A DNA stretch of 63,319 nt, filler included, from Reclinomonas americana ATCC 50394 (taxonomy: Eukaryota): assembly GCA_048213135.1 (NCBI GenBank). It is 3 parts of 2 records of this genome, joined end to end, with 100 filler letters (N's around TTAATTAATTAA, not from the genome) between each part and the next. Parts side by side here need not be neighbours in the genome. Positions count along the whole stretch, not along the records: positions 1 to 31,736 come from PS015197.1; 2 more parts are not named here. One strand, written 5' to 3'. Shown here piece by piece: positions 1 to 11,475 of this stretch (its first letter is position 1; each line of letters begins with the position of its first letter). The position numbers and the translations under genes were made by a program. The notes under the pieces are model-generated. The model saw only the letters and a program-made list of their open reading frames with translations. It was not told the origin of the DNA and made no database searches.

Positions 1-7
1 GTGTGTG

Positions 8-59
<52 letters not shown>

Positions 60-767
60 GATGAGGAAGAGAAAGGCATGGAAGAGAGGCTGGGAGGATG
101 CAGCAAGCGAGTGGCTACCTGCGCGCTCTCTCTCTCTCACTCTGTGTATGTGTGCGATAGAGTGTGCGTGTCTGGAGAATGACTTGCCTCCCAAGACAGT
201 AGTTCCGGTCTTGGCCGTCGTGTTGCCAGTCATGCTGCTGTGTGCTGTGATGGGGAAGGGAGAGAGTGAGAGCATGCTCTCTCTCTCTCTCTCAACATAC
301 AAGCTCATCTCCCTTCCTCGCTCTCTCATTGATCTGTCACCCTCTTCCTCTTTCTCTTCCACTTCTGCTTTGCATTCTGCATACTCTCTCTGCCTTTGAC
401 TACGCAACAGGAGCCCATTGTTTGCTCTTGTGTTGATACGTACGTATGATTGTGAGACTTCTCGCAGTCCCACAGGACATCCACAAATTTCTTTCTTCCA
501 TCACCTCTGTGACGAATGCGACAGAGACGCACACAAGCCTCTCTATATCTGTTGCTCCTTCCTGCCACTACGTAGTGCTGTGTTTTTCCGAGTGTCGGGA
601 CAAATTTGCGTGCGAAGTCGTGATAATGCAGGCTTGCTCTTTGGCAACAACTTGTCTAATCCATACAGCAAAACAACTGCATATTGATCACCATGTTGAA
701 ATACTGAGGCATCATGGAAGCAGTGACAAAAAAGTCGAAACGAGCCCTTTCCATCCAATCGATATTA

Positions 768-910
768 ATCACCATTCCAATAATGCAACAAACGTCCACA
801 AATCCCTTGCCGACAATGACCTTGGCACACCCGCAATATACAAACACATAGATAATCTTCTCCAACACTCATCTTCCCTTTCAGGAGACAAAGCCAATCA
901 AAACGCGTGT
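768..910. repeat. Dispersed intergenic repeat with core CCACAAATCCCTTGCCGACAATGACC
   Basis: Related copies at ~37075-37121 (+), ~57094-57158 (-) and ~59480-59640 (+). Confidence 0.75.
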
Positions 911-928
911 TTGCCTCACAAGGATTTC

Positions 929-1018
929 AGTTTCTGGTGCTCACTCAAGATGGTGATCTTCATGCAGCTGTGTTGCTGTTTGGATTAGTAAAGTTGTTGT
1001 TGTTGTTGTTGTTGTTGT
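929..1018. repeat. Dispersed intergenic repeat; inverted copy at ~46669-46755
   Basis: AGTTTCTGGTGCTCACTCAAGATGGTGATC..GTTTGGATTAGTAAAG(TTG)n matches the reverse complement of 46669-46755. Confidence 0.8.
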
Positions 1019-1186
1019 CGTGGTGCATTGGTGTCAGCAGCCGTAGTACGCAGACGTCGACGAGCATCCCCTTCTTCTCACGTTCAGCTCGCAAGAAACG
1101 CATGATCTGTCAACACGTTCCCCAACACAAGTTGCAAAACCATTCAGAACATCGTGCGGCTGTTACTCCACACTTTCCCTCGCCCC

Positions 1187-4100
1187 TCAATCCAGCATCA
1201 ACGTAAACTGCCCACACGCCTCCCGCAGTGCCCGCATCCCCTCCAACACCTCCTGTGCCGTCGGCCGATCATACCGCATACTCATGCACCGCATCCCCAG
1301 CTCAAACATCGGTTCGGCGAGGCGCGGCGTCCACCCAGCTGCCCGTCCATCCACCACCTCCATCACGCGCAGCGAAGAAGGCGAGTCGTCCCACTCCACC
1401 GACCACTCCACCACCGCGGCCACCGGCTTGCCGGTGACCAGCTGCACCAGCACCATGCCCATACTATACACGTCGTTTTTCGGCTGCGGTCGGCGCACGC
1501 GCATCGCCAGCGGGTCCATGTAATCGAGTGTGCTGGCGGCGGTCATGGTCTGTGGGGGTGGGAGGAGGGTTGAGAGAGCGGGAGGGAGATGAGAAAGAGA
1601 GAGGTGGGGGGAAGGGTTACCTGGCCATCGGCAATCGATCGCGCGATGCCAAAGTCGCCGAGACATGCCTCGAAGCGGTGATCGAGAAGCACGTTGGACG
1701 GTTTGATATCGCGGTGCACGACGTTGTTCTGTGTGGCGGAGGTAAGTGAGTGAGGGCATCATCGAAGAAGAAACAAGGAGCTAGAAACACAGGTTTGTGA
1801 AGCGAAGGGGGAGTGAGGATGCACTGAACACGAGGAGATCTAGAGGGCGAGCGAGAGAGGCATGGGAAATCGAGAATAGAAGAGACACCGACATAGAAGA
1901 ATGCGAAGGTTTGTGAGACTTCATTCCAGAGAGAACGAAAAATCGCTTGAGAAACTTCTGCTCTTTGTGAATACAAACAAGAGAAGAACGGACAGATACA
2001 ATCGGAATTACGGTTGTGACAGCTCCGTTCTTCTCTACCAGAAACCAAAGTATACTTAACAGTAACTATCACGAACTAGGAAGGGCAAGGCGCGGAGTGA
2101 CGACACCGAGACTGATATACAAGCATACACGTGTACAAGAGGAGGCGCGATGGATGACGTACAACAGAAGGCGAGCGAGAGAGGCGTGGGGAAGCTGAGA
2201 CAACGAGATACATAAGGGCAAAGGATTGGGAACCACGCAGGTGGAGAAAGAGGGAGCAGATGCACAGAGTAAGGGAGGCCGAGAGGAAAGAGTGCCCAAG
2301 GCGAGGCACCGGGCGGCGAAGAAATAAGAGTGCGGAGCCGGAGCATCTGAGAACCTGGGAGTGCGGGAGGCAGTAAGACTTAAAGACCTGGCACAGTGAG
2401 ATACAATGCCAGAAAACACAAAAAAGAGAGGCACTCAAGTCGATACCGAGAGATATGAGAGTCAAGAATTACGCAAAACGAGGCGGAGCAAGAGAGCCAT
2501 TCAATCCCGAACACCCGAGAAATGGGAACATCCAGAGAGTGGCAAGAGTCCCGAGTGAATGTGACAACATTTCCCAAGGGAGGCTGATGCAAAAGTACCT
2601 TGTGCAAGAACGCCACAGCCTCGGCCAACCCGACACCAATCTGCACACGCTGTACGACAGAGAGTGGTGCTCTCCCCACTCGCGGCAGCAGCAAATGATC
2701 CTCCAGGTTTGAAACTCTGCGCGCTCACAATGAGTGCGACTATCAACAGCTACAACAAACGAATGCAGACGCACTCAAGAGCCTTGTACACGAGACAGCG
2801 TGCCTTATCGTCGCCCACCGCAAACCCGAGAAGGGGTACGATGCGACGGTCGCGCAGGCGTCCAAGAGTGGCGACCTGTTACTAGATGTGAGAAGAGAAC
2901 GATGGAGAAGGAAATAGGAGACACACACACCTCGTTCTCAAACGACTCCATCGTCCACGGTGCCTCTGGGTCGAGCACCTTGATGGCCACGTGCATCTCG
3001 CGTAGCAAAGTGATGTAGACAGCGCCCTGGCCGCCTGCACCAACCTTGAGGCGTGGCGAGAACGAGTCCGTGGCGTNNNNNNNNNNNNNNNNNNNNAGTT
3101 TTCTCGCCGCAGGTCGGCCAAGGCGACCGCGTGGTCCTGTCGCTCCTGCTCTCGCTGCTGCTGCACCGAGGCGAGCTCGTGCTGGAGCTGCGCTGCGTAC
3201 GCGATGTAGTCGGCAAGCTGGCGTGCTACGGCGGCGTCGCGGTCAGACGCCTGCAGCGAGAGGAGCGTGAGAAGCACGGAGCACACGCAGTGAGAGAGAA
3301 GGAAGATCCGAGTCTCACCGAGCGAGCAGGAGCTGCGAGCAAGGAGTGAGCAACAAGAGTGAAAGGGAGATTGCGCACGGAATGAAGATTTCATACCTGC
3401 TTGCTGTTGCTGGCGTGGCGATCGCGACCCTGCTTCTCCGCGAAATAAGAAACACAGACAACAAACACAATGTGAGGGACAAGAAGGAATAGGAGGACGG
3501 AAGTGAACAATGCTCACCAGCTTGCTGCTGGCGCGGCGATCCTGCTCGTTCCGAAGAAAGAGCAACAAATGACAGTAAGGAGTGAGTGGAAAGAGCAAGG
3601 ATTTGTTTTCCGCACGTGGCTCACCTGCTTGCGGCGATCCTGCACAATCCACGAGATGAGAACAGAAACAACGCGAACGTACACGACAGCGATGAACAAC
3701 GCTCACCTCCCTGCTGCTGTTGAGGTGGCACTGCTCGTTCTGCACACCGAGATCGCAACGCGTAAGAGGAATGAGTAAAGAAAGCAGCGCATCAGACAAC
3801 ATCCTACCCGCTTGTTGCAGTTGAAGCGACGATCCTGCTTGTTTCGAAGAAGGAGCACGGGATGACCGTAAGGTGTGAGTGGAAAGAGCGGCGAAAGCAG
3901 CGCATCAGACAACATCCCACCTCCTTGTTGCGGTTGAAGCAACGACCCTGCTGGGTTCAGCGAGATGAGGAACACAGGCAACAATGTGGTGGGGATGGGA
4001 AGAGAGAAAGAGCAAAGAATTCGGCACGTGAACAAGTCTCCTCACCTGCTTGTTGCGGTTGAAGCGACGATCCTGATTGTTCCACGAGAAAAGAAACACA

Positions 4101-5647
4101 GAAAAAATGCTGTGAGCGACAAGACGGTAACTGAAGGATGCCGAGAGAAACACCGCTCACCGCCCTGCTGTGGGGGAAGTGGCACTGCTTGTTTCAAATA
4201 GGAGCAACAAGGACAGCAACACGTGAGATGAAAGACCACAGAGCGCTTCTCCTGAAATCAAATCTCACCGCCCTGCTGTTGGGGAAGCGGCACTGCTTGT
4301 TTCAAAATCGGAGCAACAAGGAAAGCAACGCGTGAGATGAAAGACCACAGAGTGCTTTTCCTGAAATCAAATCTCACCTCCCTGCTGTTGGGGAAGTGGC
4401 ACTGCTTGTTCAAAAAAAGAGCAAAAAGGACAGACAATGCGTGAGATGAAAGACCACAGAGTGCTTCTCCTGCAATCAAATCTCACCGCCCAGCTGTTGG
4501 GGAAGTGGCACTGCTTGTTTCAAAATAGGAGCAACAAGGACGGCAACGCGTGAGATGAAAGACCACAGAGTGCTTCTCCTCCAATCAAATCTCACCTTCG
4601 TTTCCTTGCTGATGCAGGTGAGGTAGTGCTGCTATTCTCGGAGAGAGTAGTGAGGAGAACGAGCAACGACTGCGTCACAAGAACAGATCTCACCTGCTGG
4701 CTGTTGTTGCGCACTCGACACAACTTTGCCACAGACAACAAAAAAAGTGAGTGACGAAGGGCAAGAATGAAACCCCCCATCTGACAATCCAATTGCACCT
4801 CCTTGCGGTTGGTGTTGTGATCCTGCTGTTCACAACAGTCGGTTAGAGAAAGCTCTCGGATGGCCTCTTAACCACACAGGCCTCACCTCCTTGTTGTTGT
4901 GTCACTGCACGGGGAATAATCGCACACACGGTGAGACATCGGAAGAACACAAGAAACCAACCTGACAACAAGACACTCACCTGTCAGCGTCTGCTGCTCA
5001 ACCGCCAGCCGGTCGAGCAACTTGGCCACCTGCTGGTGATTCTCCGCACGCGCCAACTGCGCCGCCGTTTTGCCACGTTTGTCGAGCATCGGCACCAGAT
5101 CAGGGAAGCGCGTGGCCAGGAGCCGCACAATGACTTCGTGGCCTTCCACGGCGGCAAAGTGCAGTGCTGTGCACCGCGGAAACACAAAGGCGTCGGTGGT
5201 GACCGCATGTACGGTTTCCGGCGGACATCGTCGCTCGTCGGCCAGCAACCACTCGACAACTCGCAGCTGTCCGCGAAAGGCGGCTGCCATCAGTGGTGTC
5301 ATGCCCGCGACTGTGACCATTCGTGCGAGCTGTGGTCCTGCACCACTCTCCTCCCACAGGTACTCCAGCACTGCGAGGTGGCCTCCGTGGGCGGCAAAGT
5401 AGAAGGACGACTGGTAGTTCTCGTCCATTTCGTCGCGTTTGAGCAGTGTCGGAGCGCCCTCGCGTGTCACCAGCTCGCGGAGGGCTTTTATGTCGCCGCT
5501 GCTGGCCATGAGCCAGGCTTTCTTTCGTTGTTGGGCGCTGGGTGGGAGGGAGAAGAGAGGGGGATAAGAGAGAAGAGGGTGAGCGTGGATGCTGACAACT
5601 GTGATGCAATGAGCATTGGTTGAATTCGCACGCGGAATGCACCTCAT
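1187..5647 (-). CDS. Ankyrin-repeat / Q-rich linker / coiled-coil / Ser-Thr kinase (IRAK/RLK-Pelle-like), copy 1, multi-exon
   Basis: First exon ATGAG|GT at 5647. Ankyrin motifs (FYFAAHGGHLAVLEYL, TPLMAAAFRGQLRVVEWLL, TALHFAAVEGHEVIVRLL). Kinase motifs across GT-AG exons: VGAGGQGAVY, VAIK, HRDIKPSNVL, DFG, TLDYMDP, DVYSMGMVL, RPT. Stop TGA at 1187-1189. One 20-N gap. Confidence 0.9.
4150..4600 (-). repeat. Tandem repeat of ~108-109 bp period, each unit containing a 24-nt microexon
   Basis: Near-identical units; the microexons lie at 4161, 4269, 4378 and 4487. Confidence 0.9.
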
Positions 5648-6062
5648 TGTGGTTGGTTATGAGGGGATGTGGACGCAGTGGCAGCTCTCTCTCTCTCTCT
5701 CTCTCTCGCTCTCGGTCTTGTGTGTGTCGAAGCGTGTCCTATAGCACGGCGGACGATGCTCTTTCTTTTTTCCGGCAAAAAATGGGGTAATCAACAAGAC
5801 AGCTGACGATGAAGACCAATCTTAAAGAGCATGGGTACCAGTCTTGTTGGCAGCAAAAGCCTCTGATCCAGGCATGCTTAGCATTGCAATCACGTGTTCG
5901 CCAATTCTCATGAAGCAGTCACTGGTCCATTCGTACACAATACATGAGCCTCATTTCCCTGCGATCACCTACAGACCCGGATGCAGTCCTATAATGTGTT
6001 GATCGAGAAGAAAACTCGCGAGACTTGTTGGCGATCACCTGATTGTTATGATTATTATCATT

Positions 6063-8751
6063 CTATAATTCTATCGTAAAATGCCCACACGCCTCACGCA
6101 GCGTACGCATCATGTCGAGCACCTCCGGCGCCGTCGGTCTCTTCGATTGCAAACTCATGCATCGCATGCCGAGCTCAAACATCGGTTCGGCGATGCGCGG
6201 CGTCCACTCAGCTCCTCCATCCACCAACTCCATAACGTGCAACGAGGCTGGCGAGTCGTCCCATTGCACAGACCACTCGCCGACTGTGACCACCGATTTG
6301 CCAGTGACCAGCTGCACCAGCACCATACCCATGCTGTACACGTCGTGCCTGGGTTGTGGAGTTCGCACGCGCATCGCCAGTGGGTCCATGTAGTCGAGGG
6401 TACCGGCGGCGGTGGTCGTCTGCGACAGGAGAGACACTGAGAGAGAGAGAGAGAGAGAGGAAAGGGAAAGGAGAAGAGAGCCAACAAACCTTGCCACCGG
6501 AGATCGATCGCGCGATGCCAAAGTCACCGAGACACGGCTCCAGACGGTGGTCGAGAAGCACGTTAGAGGGCTTGATGTCGCGGTGCACCACTTCATTCTG
6601 CGAGGAAGACGGAAAACGTTGAACTTGCATGCAACACAACTCGCGGAATCGAAAGGGCAAGGAGGCATCGGGGCGCAAGGAACAACGAGAAAAGAGAGAC
6701 AGGGTAAACCAAGAGAAAACTTCAACTGAACTGAGCAAAGTCACCCACATCGCACAAACCTTGTGCAAGAACACGACAGCCTCGGCCAGTCCGAGACCAA
6801 TCTGCACACGCTGCACCACAGAGAGTGGTTCTCGGCCGGCTCGAGGCAGCAGTAACAGGTCCTCGAGGTTGAGAACTCTGTGTACTTGCAAAGTGAGACG
6901 ATGATGGAGAAGGAAAGAGAGATATTGGATACGCACTGCAGGGCCTTGTACACGAGACAGCGCGCCTTGTCGTCGCCCACCGAGTACCCGACAAGAGGCA
7001 CAAGGCGACGGTCACGCAGGCGTCCGAGGGTGGCGACCTACGACGCGAGTGAGGAGAAAGAGAGAGAGAGAGATGAAACAGAACAGGAAGAGTGATAGAC
7101 CTCGCTCTCAAACGACTCCATCGTCCATGGCGCATCGGGGTCGAGCACCTTGATGGCCACGTAAGACTCGCGAAGGTAGCAAATGTACACGGCGCCCTGG
7201 CCGCCTTCGCCGACCTTGAGACGGGGGGAGAAAGAGTCGGTGGCGTGCATGATCTCGGACCACTCGAAGCGCTGCACCGCCACGTCGACTGTTCCAACCA
7301 CGTGAGCCAATGAGCATCGAATGCACGGGAGGAACACCACAGACCTTGTGCAAGGAGAAGACCCTGTTGCAGCTGCGAGATGAATTGATCCTTGTCCTGG
7401 AGCTGCTGTCGCACAGTCGTCAATTGAGCAGCGTACTCGTCCCTGTCGCGCAGAGCGCCAGTCAACTGCAGCGCGATTCGATCCCGGTCGGCCTGCAATT
7501 GGGCATTCTCTTGCTCAACCTCAGCAACTACACGCTGCCAGCGCGTATTGGCTCGCTGCAGGTGGTCACTCTTGTGCTCCTCTGCGTCCTTGTCACGACG
7601 CAAATCGGCGTTGGTTCGCAACAGCTCGGCATTCCTCTGCTCCACTGCTGTCATGCCTTTCTGCAGTTCGGCATTTTTGAGCTCCTCTTCCTCCTTGCCG
7701 CGTTGCAGCTCGGCATGCTTGTGTTCAGCCACGGCCTTGCCCTGCTGAAGCTCCGCGATGGTGTTCCGCAGTTCGGCATTCTTGCGCTCCTCTGCCTGCT
7801 TGAGTTGCAGTAGCTCCGCATTGACTCTCTCGTGTTCGCGATGCTCGGCGCTCCGTTCACGCCGCAGCTGGTCTTGCTCGTGCCGCGCTACGGCAAGATC
7901 GCGCTGAAGTTGGGCATTCAACGCGACCAGGTGCGCCATGGCGACATCATCAACCGCCTGCACAGCAGTGTATTCAACAAGCAAGAACAAGCAAGCAGGG
8001 AAACACACAGTGAGCAAACCTGGCGCGCTTGCACTGCATGCCAAGGAGGAGTGTGAGCCGACAGAGCAGTAAAATCAACAGTGACAAACAGGAGGGAGAG
8101 ACCGCACCTACTGATGGCGGCGGAGGCTGTGAAGCGAGACGGTCAAGCAAATCAGCGACTTGCTGCTTACCTTTGTCACGTGCTTGCTGAGTTGCTGTCT
8201 TGCCCTTCCTGTCCACCATCGGAATGAGTTCGGGGAAGCGAGTGGCGAGGAGTTCCACCACTGGTTCGCGTCCGTTCATCGCGGCAAGATGCAACGCCGA
8301 GGACTGGGGATTGAGAGCCTGATCATTGGAGACCGCCCGCACCATCTCCAGCGGGCATCGTCGCTCGTCGGCCAGCAACCACTCCACCACATGCACACGC
8401 CCATTGGTGGCAGCCGCCATCAGCGGTGTCAACCCAGCGTCTGTGACCATTCTTGCCAAGTGCGACCCAACACCACTCTCCTCCCACAAGAACTCCAACA
8501 CAGAGAGATGTCCTTTGTAGGCTGCACAGTGAAATGCCGAGGCACCTCGATCCATCTCCTCACTCTTCAGCAGAGTGCGTGCGCCCTCACGCGCCACCAG
8601 TTCGCGCAGGGAGTCCTGTTCACCATCCGCCCCCATCTGGAAGGCTTTCTTGCGCGGTGGCTGAGGAGGAGAGCTGCCGGAACGCGAACAGAGAACAGTG
8701 AGACATGAGGGGAAGAGACGGATGAATGCGTTCTGCCCACCCGAACCTCAT
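6063..8751 (-). CDS. Ankyrin-repeat / long coiled-coil / Ser-Thr kinase (IRAK/RLK-Pelle-like), copy 2, multi-exon
   Basis: Same exon plan as copy 1, including the ATGAG|GT first exon and the 14-nt phase-switch exon. FEWSEIMHATDSFSPRLKVGEGGQGAVY, HRDIKPSN, DFG, AGTLDYMDP. Heptad region 7350-7957. Stop TAG at 6063-6065. Confidence 0.92.
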
Positions 8752-8782
8752 TCTTGATACTGAGACAGGGTTACGCAGTGGT

Positions 8783-8829
<47 letters not shown>

Positions 8830-9710
8830 ACCGTCCTCGTACCGTACCTCCTAACCGTACCGTCCTAACCGGTCCGTACCAACCGGTACCGTACGTACCT
8901 ACCGGTACCGGTACNNNNNNNNNNNNNNNNNNNNNNNNNNNNNNNNNNNNNNNNNNNNNNNNNNNNNNNNNNNNNNNNNNNNNNNNNNNNNNNNNNNNNN
9001 NNNNNNNNNNNNNNNNNNNNNNNNNNNNNNNNNNNNNNNNNNNNNNNNNNNNNNNNNNNNNNNNNNNNNNNNNNNNNNNNNNNNNNNNNNNNNNNNNNNN
9101 NNNNNNNNNNNNNNNNNNNNNNNNNNNNNNNNNNNNNNNNNNNNNNNNNNNNNNNNNNNNNNNNNNNNNNNNNNNNNNNNNNNNNNNNNNNNNNNNNNNN
9201 NNNNNNNNNNNNNNNNNNNNNNNNNNNNNNNNNNNNNNNNNNNNNNNNNNNNNNNNNNNNNNNNNNNNNNNNNNNNNNNNNNNNNNNNNNNNNNNNNNNN
9301 NNNNNNNNNNNNNNNNNNNNNNNNNNNNNNNNNNNNNNNNNNNNNNNNNNNNNNNNNNNNNNNNNNNNNNNNNNNNNNNNNNNNNNNNNNNNNNNNNNNN
9401 NNNNNNNNNNNNNNNNNNNNNNNNNNNNNNNNNNNNNNNNNNNNNNNNNNNNNNNNNNNNNNNNNNNNNNNNNNNNNNNNNNNNNNNNNNNNNNNNNNNN
9501 NNNNNNNNNNNNNNNNNNNNNNNNNNNNNNNNNNNNNNNNNNNNNNNNNNNNNNNNNNNNNNNNNNNNNNNNNNNNNNNNNNNNNNNNNNNNNNNNNNNN
9601 NNNNNNNNNNNNNNNNNNNNNNNNNNNNNNNNNNNNNNNNNNNNNNNNNNNNNNNACGAACCTACCTACTTCTTGTATACTAGAGACGACGGTTACGGTC
9701 GAGTGGTAGC

Positions 9711-9752
<42 letters not shown>

Positions 9753-10167
9753 CACGCACACACGCACACAGTCGACCCACTTCGCTTGTCCTGTTTCGGA
9801 CTCGTGAAGTGATACTTGCTGTGACGTCTGATCACCCTTCCCGCTGCAGAAGGCAGATGGCGCTCAGGGTTGCCGCCGAGTGCGTGACAAAGACGCCAGA
9901 CAGAGCACAGGAGCTTCGCGATCAAGCGACATCTCGCCACGCGCGCGATCGATCGATATCATGATCACATCGCAGGCATTCTCCTCCACCTTCTTCTCCC
10001 CATCGACCTTCCTCCACGACTCCCCCCTGCTCATCCTGTCACTCCAGCGGCTGCCGTAGTCCACATGTTAACGTTGTCGTGCCAGTGGCGGACGACACCC
10101 GGCAAAAAGTTGTCAATCCCCGACATCATTTCGATATTCTTCCACCCCACTCTGGCACGCCAACACC

Positions 10168-10771
10168 ATGGGATCCGGCGCCTCCGCCCACTCCCCTCAC
10201 AAGCCCCGCGTGGAAGACTGGGAAGCCGACAGCTTCTACGAGGTCGACGTGATCCGCGTGAACTTTGTCGGCTAGGGCATCGCTGCAGCCGCCCTCCTCT
10301 TCCCTCCCGCGTGGCCCGTGGCCGTTCCCTCTCTGTTTGGCGGTCGCACCGGCGTGGGCGAGAACAGAATGGCCGAGCATCAGGGCCTCATTCTGCGTCA
10401 AGTCGGCGATGTGGCGTTCTGGTCGTGCCAGTTGCTGCAGGTCGAGGAGATTGACTGTCGTGTGTGTGCTCCTCATGCTCATCTGTCCCTCTTCACAGAG
10501 CGGACAAGTGGAGCTCATGCACCACTCGTCGGTGCGAGACGCCGGTCAGCACATTCAGGACTTGGTGTGGGGCGGTGGTGGCGAGTGGAAGTACGTGGAG
10601 CGGTGTGATGTTAATCCGCGACACTATCACCAGAATGTGTCGCACACTCGCGTCAGAGATTTCAATAAGAGGTGGGAGGCCGGCGGAGGCTACGATCTGT
10701 GGTCGCGCAACTGTCAGCACTTTTGTGCGGCGTTTTTGGAGGAGTTTGCGGGGGGTGCGAGGCGGATTTGA
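10168..10771 (+). CDS. Permuted papain-like peptidase (PPPDE/DeSI-LRAT clan) with N-myristoylation-like MGSGAS start; in-frame TAG at 10273-10275
   Basis: Candidate catalytic His (EHQGLIL) precedes YDLWSRNCQHFCAAFL. Inferred intron 10441-10498. Stop TGA at 10769-10771. May be a pseudogene. Confidence 0.7.
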
Positions 10772-11475
10772 TGGGGAGGAGAGCGGGGAAGAGAGGGCGA
10801 GAAAGAGGTGGGTGTAGTTTTGCGTGAATGATGAGGTGTTTTTGTAAAGGAGGATCCGAGGATGTTTAGCGCGACACGAGGGACAGAGGCCTTGGGGGCA
10901 GTCTCGAGATCGGTGGGGTGGTGAGATTGTGCGTCTCTTCCTCGGCTTCCGAAGAGGTTGCTGCTCTGTCGGGTCTGCGGATACCGCTGTACTTCCTATC
11001 GGCTCCTTCGCAGCGGGCGCGGTTGGGTACAGGGGTTGTGGATTTCAGCTGCATCGCGATATCGAGACGCTCATTGTGGCTCTTCCACTGTGTCCCTCGA
11101 GGTTGAATGCTGCCGTGATGCAGCTAGCTGTTCATGTGCTTTGTTGTACCCTGTGTGGAGTTGTTGTCCATCATCACCTCAGCACCCAGCTTCGCCTGAT
11201 CCATGTTCTCTCCGCAAGAGAGAGAGATTCAAAACAATGGACATGCATTGCTGGTCATGGAGAACAATCGCAGTTGACGATGCACCCAACTTTGCCCAGT
11301 TCTCTGACACTCCCTCTCTCCTTCTTCCTCCTCCTCCTCCAGGCCCTTCATGCATCACGACTTGTCACCTTTTCATCTTGCTGTTCGGATCAACGAATTC
11401 TCTGTCACTCTCTTCGTTTCTTGCATCACGCAGCGCGCGTGTGTGTGTGCGAAACAACAACCAAGACACACAAAA

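Noticed and set aside
4150-4600. CRISPR-like array
   Set aside because: Whole ~109 bp units are repeated with no unique spacers, in a eukaryotic intron-exon context with no cas genes.
8825-8914. Odd GTAC/TACG-rich stretches (also 55600-55670, 55987-56050, 57625-57830)
   Set aside because: They always sit between a microsatellite and a gap and follow the TACG order, consistent with pyrosequencing dephasing artefacts.
10273-10275. Genome-wide TAG reassignment
   Set aside because: Only one clear in-frame TAG was found. TAG ends kinase copy 2 next to where its paralog uses TGA, and ends BCCIP at the expected position.
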